64,000 nt of DNA from positions 11,096,286 to 11,160,285 of the forward strand of contig CM082581.2 in NCBI GenBank assembly GCA_040954595.2. Direction: 5' to 3'. A program made the translations under genes and the position numbers. Shown one piece after another: positions 54,401 to 64,000 of this stretch. Positions within the stretch are counted from its first letter, which is position 1. Every line of letters starts with the position of its first letter. This DNA is from Balanoglossus misakiensis (lineage: Eukaryota; Animalia; Hemichordata). A model generated the notes under the pieces. The model did not search any database and was not told where the DNA came from. It saw nothing but the letters and a program-made list of their open reading frames with translations.

Positions 54401-57400
54401 TGGCAGAGAAGCCTGGATGTACCAGTAATTGTATTTGCGCAGCTGCTGTTGCAGAAAATACTGGCACAATGATATTTTAAGTTATTAGAACCAGGTTTTA
54501 TTATTAGAATATACTAAATTAGGTTGCATTTTAAAATGCAACATGGATGTTGGCAATATAAAGTTGGCAATAACTATATCGTGATCTGATGGTTTGCCTG
54601 AGTGCCACCAGAGAGATATATTTATGTAGGTCTGTGTCAGATGACCGAGCCCTAGTTTCGCGTCTGTTTGCCCCAGAAATAAGGCAGCAAAGTGGGGATT
54701 TAGGTATTGACCTACCTAGGATCATACAGTGGTTTGTCTGTACATGCTTTCATGGTTATTATTGTACCTTACACTTAAGTTTAGAAGCATGACTTGCAAA
54801 ACAGGTGCAGCACACCCAAAACTAGAATCTATTGGATGGAAAATTGCAGGTAGTGTTCCTCAGTCGTGAACACTGAATCGTGGTTTGCATTGAAAAATGT
54901 TTCTCAGATATATCTCACAGTGCACTTTAACTACCTTTGCAAACAATTTATGCTGTACACAATATCATCAATATGGTTCATAATTGTCTTAACAGTGTAA
55001 CAATCACCAATAAAAATATGGATTTGAAATGTCATGAGGGGGTGTATTGACCTGCTGTATAACGCAATGTACCGTATTTGAACCAGTGCTTCAAATGTGA
55101 AGCCGAATAACCTCAATCAGGTCAGACATGTGTTACTAAGGGAAATCATTACATGTTTAATTATAATTGGCAAAGATAATAAGATAATTGATGAACTGAG
55201 CTACAAATTGCGATCTATGCTAATTGTCTGTAACAGCAGGTTAAATGAGGAAGCTGTATGTTGTGTATGTATCATTGCTACTGTGTTACGCTGACATGCT
55301 GTGATGGTTTTTTTGAGGGGGGGGGGAATTTTAGTGGAATTTACTAAAAGATGCTTTCTAAAAAAATGAAATAGAAGTACATGTAATGAGTATTATTGGC
55401 ATTGACTATGTAGTCAGCATTGTTGACGTTGATGATTGACAAACTAAGTACACAAAGCTGTGTGGAAAATTTCCATGAGGTAATGCTCTTTGTGAAAACT
55501 GATACTGCTTCAATAAGAGCCCTCCATGGCATCAGACGCATCATCATTACAAGGCATATTCATAGAGATGGGGGTGATTCTCATGACTTCCAAAATAACA
55601 TTTTCCTTTAGTCTGAGATTTGCATAATCCTTCACATAAAATATTTACTGTAAAGAGTAAGGATTTAACTTCATTTTCTTGGAAAATAAGAAATCCCCAG
55701 CAGCAAAATTATTTTCAAGGCTGCAGCAACCACTGCAACAAAGAAAACATTGATTTTCTAATTTGCGGAAGAGTTTATTCTGACAATGTTGGGGAAGGGA
55801 ACTGTGAGATTGATAGTTGTCACCTGTACGAGTGTAAAAACTGTCATTCACAAAGAAGTTATTGCTTCATAAAATGTAAAGTGTCCTTCCTGTGAGTTGC
55901 TGTAAGCAGTGTATTGATGCATAGAAAAACTGACAACAGGAGAAGAATTCTTATCCTACAGATAGGAAATATGGCATTTGGATTGTGGAGTCAAGACAGG
56001 GATGTTCAGCTTTTGAGGTTAAATTTACCGTTATTTCTCTGTACTAAAAGAGGACATAAACAAAACCATTATAGGAGTAATAACACTTGCAAGGAATTTG
56101 CTGTAAAGGCATGCAGAGGTAAATGCATGATATCAAATGAAATGTAAGAAGTATTTTTATCCACAGTCATCAGTTTTGATAATTGTAATTAGTTACATTT
56201 GATTGTAAAACAGTTATGAAAGACCATAGACAAGTGATGCCAATGACATCCAAAAATCTCTATTTCCAGCTTTTTTTGTGATTTATATAACACTGCTACA
56301 GCTGATGTGAATATTGAGATGACTATCAATTCAGAGAAGTTCAATGTTCTCCCTAAGTATGTTACTGGCAGGCAATTTTAAACTCAGGGCAGTTATAGCC
56401 CTAAGCCAAGGTCAAAAACACTGGCTTTATAATGACATCAATCCAGACTGAGTAAAATTTCTCAGAGTCATCACTCTCTAGAACATTGACATCTACGTTG
56501 AGTTTGTACTACCCTGGATGGTTCCCAGTCACTGAATAAAGTCTCAGTTGCATTCATGCATGCTTCCCTAGACAGTCATTGGCCAACTCTAATGTATATT
56601 TTAATTGCCTGAGACAATGAGAAGTTTCCATGGAAATTGTTATTTATTTAGGGTTCATCGGAATTGTTGCAGACCTCCCAAAACTTGTGCTCTTGATTAA
56701 AAACAAACTATTTGATATTTAACTGTGAATATTTAAGAAAATTTTGAATGGATATGTGTAAATATGTGGGAAGATTGCATTTAGTAAACAATAACAAAAG
56801 ATGGAATTGCAACTCATGCAGATGTTATCGTTTTTGTCACTTTTGACAAAGACAGACAAAACATTTCAGTAACTATTCAGCTTTATAAAAAAGGAGTTTT
56901 AAATAGAGAAGATTTTTGCATACAGTTGTTGAATGAAGACTAGGAAGGTCAAGGTTATGTCACACAAGTTTATCGACCCCTGAAATTGTTTTGAATACTG
57001 CTCGGTTATTGACACTTTCGTTTGAATTGGGAATACATATGATTACAGCATCAGGGTATGTATACATTACATACAAGACCAGAAGGTTGCTCAAGGATGA
57101 TAACCTTTCAATTACATGTAGTACAAACTACATCAAAGTAACTGTGACAGCCAAAAAGATTCATTTTCATAGTTCTGTGTGTTCTGTACGCTTTTAAAGT
57201 CCAACGCGAGACCCCTGCTAAGTTTATTCCAAAATCAATTGTGGCTGGACACTATAAGTTGTTTTGCGAGGAATTTCACAGGAGATCCAAGGTCACATGG
57301 GATGTAGATTTGCATATCGTTAATTTAAACCAATAGACACAAAAGACAATTCTGAATAGCCCGTTGATTTTATACTTAATCTGTCAGAAGTAGTATCAGG

Positions 57401-59238
57401 ATATGAAACTTATTTATTTTGATGCAAGACTTGTCGGTATAACAGGAACTAGAAACAGAAAATAATGACTTTTTTCATATGCAGTATGATTTTCCATAAA
57501 ATAAAAATACAAGTTTAATCACAGTATAAATGTGAAGTTCAATGTTTGTTATCTTGATAATTATGTAGCTGTAATGATTAAATTTAACCTTGGGATAAAA
57601 AGATAACTATGATTAAATCTGGGCATTGGACTCTAGGCTGATTAATGAGAGAGCATTTGAGAGACTGAATGTTATTTTTTCTACGACCTTGATAGTTGCT
57701 GGAACAAAGACATGAGAGAGTTTGCTATTCATGAAATAATCATTAGGAGTGTGCAGCTGAACGATGCACCTGCCTGTATATGACAGTGGCTTTGTACACA
57801 TGAACAAAAAACTGGGCAGTGATAACAGAGCCCTCTGTTGGCTGAAACTGCCCATTGATTGTGCTAGCAAAAAGGCGAAAATAACATCAAGTAGTTTGCT
57901 GCCCTCAATGACAGAAATTTGCCAGGGATTATAGTAATGCTGTGCATCTTGCATATATAAGCATGGTAACTTTATTTAAAGAATGGCTTGAATTTTTATT
58001 ATTAAAGTCATTCACCTGTTTTGCAGTCAAAAAGCTTGAAGCTGATTTGGAAAAAGCCTTGATGAAACCAATTCCACCACCACCACCACCCCTCCCCCCA
58101 CCACTGGTCCCCACTTCAACTAACCCTCTCAGGTAAGAAAAAGAACAACAGTACGACATGGCAACTATAACCTTTCAGTAATATGTTCTGCTCCTCTTAA
58201 TTTTAAATATGCACATTTTATGTTTACTTTTAGTATGCACAATGCTGATTTTTCCCCATGTATTTTTAACAAGATAACATTATTTATTTTCAAGATAAAA
58301 GATTAATTAGAAAAACAACAACCCATGCTATAATATCTTAAGTGAATTCATCCATGGATGTGTTGAAATGATGATATGCGTAAAACCAGTCATCTGTAGC
58401 CATGGGAAATTGGGAGTTGAAGTGATAGTGTGGATGTTTATAAATTATTAGAATAGTCCACATTCTACCAGTGTTCAACAAAAAAATAAGAGACCAATTG
58501 ATTGAGTTGTGAGCACCAAGCTAACTATTTGAAGGTTTGTCTTTGCAGTGCTTTGAGAATGGCAATTACTGGCAAGAAGGGCAAACAGCCGCCTGCTTCT
58601 ATCAAACCACTCAGTAAGTATATCACTAGCAGAAGTCATGTGTCCAAGGTGATGTTATCTATTGGTTCGGAAAAGCAAAACCTACTTCACTGCTATTGTC
58701 TGCTCAGTGTTTGAGGGCAGTATCACACAGGTCCAGCAGAAATGAAGCTAGAGAATCTTAACATTATACATGTATACATGTAGCCACCAGTCCATTGGAG
58801 CAAATGTCACTGTTGGTGTATGCAGATAGCAATGGGGAAGAATTCATGGTCGTCTTACCTGTTTGTACTTGGCTGTAGTGGATTGAGTATCACGCATTCA
58901 CATACCAATTGGCAGCAGTTGAAACGTTGATGTAGCAGTAATACTGGTGTCTCAGTAATTGTCCTTTCTTTTCAGTGGATAGCCATCCCCATCAAGATGC
59001 TATGAAAGAAATGATCAACAGAATCAAAAAAGGAGTTCCACTCAGATCTCATACTGTAAGTTGATTTTCTCCGTTGTTTATCACTTACTTTTCAAATTAT
59101 TAAAAGAGGCTACAATGCCTCATTGCTCAATCACATCCTTTATGATATTCTAACCATTGATATTTTGATTACTGACAGAATGGTACTGTTCCTGTCAAGA
59201 AAGACAGTCAAGCCATTCATGAACTAGGAAGTATGTTG
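30469..59238 (+). CDS. SHTN1: Shootin-1-like protein (KIAA1598), at least 12 coding exons, 3' end beyond the window
   Basis: Exons (GT-AG, phases consistent): 30469-30562, 31980-32093, 32274-32368, 40642-40798, 45711-45911, 46189-46283, 47179-47325, 47632-47785, 58027-58132, 58549-58613, 58976-59055, 59179-59238; 456 codons, no stop reached. Collinear matches to human SHTN1 as recalled: AIQDYEDL (AIGEYEDL), LEVEQECRKGAETYASK (LEIEKTCRESAEALATK), KENKDIKRKS, EKLLREEAEKYAAQ, MKRQSSILL, IKELEDQL, PPPPPPLPPP..NPL, AMKEMINRIKKGVPLR (AVEEMMDRIKKGVHLR), AIHELGSML (AVDELKGIL). Confidence 0.9.
32594..33038 (+). repeat. Diverged direct duplication of an approximately 90-bp hairpin-forming segment (32594-32682 and 32946-33038)
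   Basis: Both copies read TGTAA..GTTTTCAG.ATCAGGACTTCCTTGTTTGCTGT.GTTA.AATGTTA.GTAACA.GGAT..TAAACTCTGA....ACTGAATAGCCT. Confidence 0.85.
33067..33138. repeat. 72-bp imperfect palindrome
   Basis: ATCTAGCT..TTGTCCACTTTGCT-TTCAAAGTTTTGGA-AGCAAAGTGGACAA..AGCTAGAT: a 14-bp perfect inner arm and an 8-bp perfect outer arm. Confidence 0.85.
42325..43232. mobile_element. Non-autonomous Tc1/mariner-superfamily (pogo/Tigger-like) DNA transposon or MITE, 908 bp
   Basis: 29-bp terminal inverted repeats CAGTAAAACCTGTCAAAACCGGAC(T/C)CTGG with one mismatch, TA duplication on both sides (42323-42324, 43233-43234), repeated subterminal TCCGGTTT motifs, CpG-rich interior and no transposase ORF. Confidence 0.92.
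46395..46461. repeat. Imperfect (GAT)n microsatellite in a shootin intron
   Basis: GATGATGAT tract with GTT, TGT and GAC interruptions; the source of the poly-His ORF on the minus strand. Confidence 0.85.
47592..47620. repeat. (TTG)n microsatellite just upstream of a shootin acceptor site
   Basis: About 9 TTG units ending about 10 nt before the AG at 47630-47631. Confidence 0.8.
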
Positions 59239-59526
59239 GTAAGTTATAAACTAAGTTGCTTTTTAAGTGAAAACGGTCAAATGATTAATGAAGTGAATTT
59301 AAAACGAGCTCATTTTGCGCAACTGTTCAATGACAACCATCTTTTGCGCATCACTACTGTTATATGGAAACTCAAGACACCATGGCTGAATTCAGTTTTC
59401 ATTTGATGGAACATGCAGAACCCAATGACCTCATTTGTACACAACTAAAGTTCACCAGGTCTGCACCAGGTGTGGTGCATGTCCGGTGCATGTCTGACCA
59501 ACAGGTCATGTGCAGCAATATGGCCC

Positions 59527-62500
59527 CAGACCTGCAGCAGTCTGCTGGATCAGACCTGCACCAGGCCTGTCCCGTCAGACCTGCACCAGGCCTGTCACGT
59601 CAGACCTGCACCAGGCCTGTCACGTCAGACCTGCACCAGGCCTGTCACGTCAGACCTGCACCAGGCCTGTCAGAACAGACCTGCACCAGGCCTGTCACGT
59701 CAGACCTGCAGCAGACCTGTCAGAACAGACCTGCACCAGGCCTGTCACGTCAGACCTGCACCAGGCCTGTCACGTTAGACCTGCAGCAGGCCTGTCAGAA
59801 CAGACCTGCAGCAGGCCTGTCAGAACAGACCTGCAGCAGGCCTGTCAGAACAGACCTGCACCAGGCCTGTCCCGTCAGACCTGCACCAGGCCTGTCATGT
59901 CAGACCTGCACCAGGCCTGTCACGTCAGACCTGTCAGAACAGACCTGCACCAGGCCTGTCACGTCAGACCTGCACCAGGCCTGTCACGTCAGACCTGCAC
60001 CAGGCCTGTCACGTCAGACCTGCACCAGGCCTGTCAGAACAGACCTGCAGCAGGCCTGTCAGAACAGACCTGCACCAGGCCTGTCAGAACAGACCTGCAG
60101 CAGGCCTGTCAGAACAGACCTGCAGCAGGCCTGTCACGTCAGACCTGCAGCAGACCTGTCAGAACAGACCTGCACCAGGCCTGTCCCGTCAGACCTGCAC
60201 CAGGCCTGTCCCGTCAGACCTGCACCAGGCCTGTCACGTCAGACCTGCACCAGGCCTGTCACGTCAGACCTGCACCAGGCCTGTCACGTCAGACCTGCAG
60301 CAGACCTGTCAGAACAGACCTGCACCAGGCCTGTCACGTCAGACCTGCAGCAGACCTGTCAGAACAGACCTGCACCAGGCCTGTCACGTCAGACCTGCAC
60401 CAGGCCTGTCACGTTAGACCTGCACCAGGCCTGTCACGTCAGACCTGCACCAGGCCTGTCACGTCAGACCTGCACCAGGCCTGTCACGTCAGACCTGCAC
60501 CAGGCCTGTCAGAACAGACCTGCAGCAGGCCTGTCACGTCAGACCTGCAGCAGACCTGTCAGAACAGACCTGCACCAGGCCTGTCCCGTCAGACCTGCAC
60601 CAGGCCTGTCACGTCAGACCTGCACCAGGCCTGTCACGTCAGACCTGCAGCAGACCTGTCAGAACAGACCTGCACCAGGCCTGTCACGTCAGACCTGCAC
60701 CAGGCCTGTCACGTCAGACCTGCACCAGGCCTGTCACGTCAGACCTGCACCAGGCCTGTCACGTCAGACCTGCACCAGGCCTGTCACGTCAGACCTGCAC
60801 CAGGCCTGTCACGTCAGACCTGCAGCAGGCCTGTCACGTCAGACCTGCAGCAGGCCTGTCAGAACAGACCTGCAGCAGGCCTGTCAGAACAGACCTGCAG
60901 CAGGCCTGTCAGAACAGACCTGCAGCAGGCCTGTCACGTCAGACCTGCAGCAGACCTGTCAGAACAGACCTGCACCAGGCCTGTCCCGTCAGACCTGCAC
61001 CAGGCCTGTCACGTCAGACCTGCACCAGGCCTGTCACGTCAGACCTGCAGCAGACCTGTCAGAACAGACCTGCACCAGGCCTGTCACGTCAGACCTGCAC
61101 CAGGCCTGTCCCGTCAGACCTGCACCAGGCCTGTCCCGTCAGACCTGCACCAGGCCTGTCCCGTCAGACCTGCACCAGGCCTGTCACGTCAGACCTGCAC
61201 CAGGCCTGTCACGTCAGATCTGCACCAGGCCTGTCACGTCAGACCTGCACCAGGCCTGTCACGTCAGACCTGCACCAGGCCTGTCACGTCAGACCTGCAC
61301 CAGGCCTGTCAGAACAGACCTGCACCAGGCCTGTCAGAACAGACCTGCACCAGGCCTGTCAGAACAGACCTGCAGCAGGCCTGTCAGAACAGACCTGCAC
61401 CAGGCCTGTCCCGTCAGACCTGCACCAGGCCTGTCACGTCAGACCTGCACCAGGCCTGTCACGTCAGACCTGTCAGAACAGACCTGCACCAGGCCTGTCA
61501 CGTCAGACCTGCACCAGGCCTGTCACGTCAGACCTGCACCAGGCCTGTCACGTCAGACCTGCACCAGGCCTGTCACGTCAGACCTGCACCAGGCCTGTCA
61601 GAACAGACCTGCAGCAGGCCTGTCAGAACAGACCTGCACCAGGCCTGTCAGAACAGACCTGCAGCAGGCCTGTCAGAACAGACCTGCAGCAGGCCTGTCA
61701 CGTCAGACCTGCAGCAGACCTGTCAGAACAGACCTGCACCAGGCCTGTCCCGTCAGACCTGCACCAGGCCTGTCCCGTCAGACCTGCACCAGGCCTGTCA
61801 CGTCAGACCTGCACCAGGCCTGTCACGTCAGACCTGCACCAGGCCTGTCACGTCAGACCTGCAGCAGACCTGTCAGAACAGACCTGCACCAGGCCTGTCA
61901 CGTCAGACCTGCACCAGGCCTGTCACGTTAGACCTGCACCAGGCCTGTCACGTCAGACCTGCACCAGGCCTGTCACGTCAGACCTGCACCAGGCCTGTCA
62001 CGTCAGACCTGCACCAGGCCTGTCAGAACAGACCTGCACCAGGCCTGTCAGAACAGACCTGCAGCAGGCCTGTCACGTCAGACCTGCACAAGACCTGTCA
62101 GAACAGACCTGCACCAGACCTGTCAGAACAGACCTGCACCAGGCCTGTCACGTCAGACCTGCACCAAGCCTGTCACGTCAGACCTGCAGCAGGCCTGTCA
62201 CGTCAGACCTGCACCAGGCTAGTCACGTCAGACCTGCACCAGGCCTGTCCCGTCAGACCTGCACCAGGCCTGTCACGTCAGACCTGCACCAGGCCTGTCA
62301 CGTCAGACCTGCACCAGGCCTGTCACGTCAGACCTGCACCAGGCCTGTCACGTCAGACCTGCACCAGGCCTGTCACGTCAGACCTGCACCAGGCCTGTCA
62401 CGTCAGACCTGCACCAGGCCTGTCACGTCAGACCTGCACCAGGCCTGTCACGTCAGACCTGCAGCAGACCTGTCACGTCAGACCTGCACCAGGCCTGTCA

Positions 62501-64000
62501 CGTCAGACCTGCACCAGGCCTGTCACGTCAGACCTGCACCAGGCCTGTCAGAACAGACCTGCAGCAGGCCTGTCACGTCAGACCTGCACCAGGCCTGTCA
62601 GAACAGACCTGCAGCAGGCCTGTCAGAACAGACCTGCAGCAGGCCTGTCAGAACAGACCTGCACCAGGCCTGTCCCGTCAGACCTGCACCAGGCCTGTCA
62701 TGTCAGACCTGCACCAGGCCTGTCACGTCAGACCTGCAGCAGGCCTGTCAGAACAGACCTGCACCAGGCCTGTCCCGTCAGACCTGCACCAGGCCTGTCA
62801 TGTCAGACCTGCACCAGGCCTGTCACGTCAGACCTGCAGCAGACCTGTCAGAACAGACCTGCACCAGGCCTGTCACGTCAGACCTGCACCAGGCCTGTCA
62901 CGTCAGACCTGCACCAGGCCTGTCACGTCAGACCTGCACCAGGCCTGTCACGTCAGACCTGCACCAGGCCTGTCAGAACAGACCTGCAGCAGGCCTGTCA
63001 GAACAGACCTGCAGCAGGCCTGTCACGTCAGACCTGCAGCAGGCCTGTCAGAACAGACCTGCAGCAGGCCTGTCCCGTCAGACCTGCACCAGGCCTGTCA
63101 CGTCAGACCTGCACCAGGCCTGTCACGTCAGACCTGCACCAGGCTAGTCACGTCAGACCTGCACCAGGCTAGTCACGTCAGACCTGCACCAGGCCTGTCC
63201 CGTCAGACCTGCACCAGGCCTGTCACGTCAGACCTGCACCAGGCCTGTCACGTCAGACCTGCAGCAGGCCTGTCAGAACAGACCTGCACCAGGCCTGTCA
63301 CGTCAGACCTGCACCAGGCCTGTCACGTCAGACCTGCACCAGGCCTGTCACGTCAGACCTGCACCAGGCCTGTCACGTCAGACCTGCACCAGGCCTGTCA
63401 GAACAGACCTGCAGCAGGCCTGTCAGAACAGACCTGCAGCAGGCCTGTCACGTCAGACCTGCAGCAGACCTGTCAGAACAGACCTGCACCAGGCCTGTCC
63501 CGTCAGACCTGCACCAGGCCTGTCACGTCAGACCTGCACCAGGCCTGTCACGTCAGACCTGCACCAGGCTAGTCACGTCAGACCTGCACCAGGCCTGTCA
63601 CGTCAGACCTGCACCAGGCTAGTCACGTCAGACCTGCACCAGGCCTGTCACGTCAGACCTGCACCAGGCCTGTCACGTCAGACCTGCAGCAGGCCTGTCA
63701 CGTCAGACCTGCAGCAGGCCTGTCACGTCAGACCTGCAGCAGACCTGTCAGAACAGACCTGCACCAGGCCTGTCCCGTCAGACCTGCACCAGGCCTGTCA
63801 CGTCAGACCTGCACCAGGCCTGTCACGTCAGACCTGCAGCAGACCTGTCAGAACAGACCTGCACCAGGCCTGTCACGTCAGACCTGCACCAGGCCTGTCA
63901 CGTCAGACCTGCACCAGGCCTGTCACGTCAGACCTGCACCAGGCCTGTCACGTCAGACCTGCACCAGGCCTGTCAGAACAGACCTGCAGCAGACCTGTCA
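59527..64000. repeat. 25-bp GC-rich minisatellite, about 178 units, in a shootin intron; truncated by the window end
   Basis: Consensus CAGACCTGCACCAGGCCTGTCACGT with interspersed variants (GCAC/GCAG; CAGGCC/CAGACC; tail CACGT/CCCGT/CAGAA/CATGT; rare GCTAGT). Begins about 290 bp after the donor at 59239. Confidence 0.98.

Noticed and set aside
59364-63572. 855-aa, 1220-aa and other Cys/Pro/Arg-rich ORFs
   Set aside because: They arise because the 25-bp unit lacks plus-strand stops. The same peptide appears in all three frames, the 11-bp deletions shift frame freely, and the array follows a shootin splice donor. Translation from the ATG at 59364 is not excluded but has no support.

Overview
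AT-rich eukaryotic (invertebrate animal) genomic DNA with GT-AG spliced genes; not prokaryotic, and no CRISPR, rRNA or tRNA was seen. Layout: (1) 1-5052, a near-homogeneous 87-bp satellite array; (2) CFAP58/CCDC147, a 13-exon ciliary coiled-coil gene on the minus strand (5593-10360), head-to-head with (3) a 4-exon mitochondrial GrpE gene on the plus strand (10769-12177); (4) about 13 kb with no recognisable gene; (5) an intronless nanos CDS on the minus strand (26733-27467) with a NOT1-interacting motif and two CCHC fingers, divergent from (6) a shootin-1 (SHTN1/KIAA1598)-like gene on the plus strand, with 12 coding exons traced from 30469 to 59238 and continuing past the window. Shootin introns hold a 908-bp TA-flanked pogo/Tigger-type MITE, a duplicated hairpin with an invariant 23-nt arm, a 72-bp palindrome, a candidate alternative first exon and a 25-bp minisatellite of at least 4.4 kb. 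The very long ORFs at both ends of the window are tandem-repeat artefacts. Exon boundaries were read by eye from splice sites and frame continuity; gene identities rest on recalled vertebrate protein sequences, and no database search was run. The species cannot be determined from the window.
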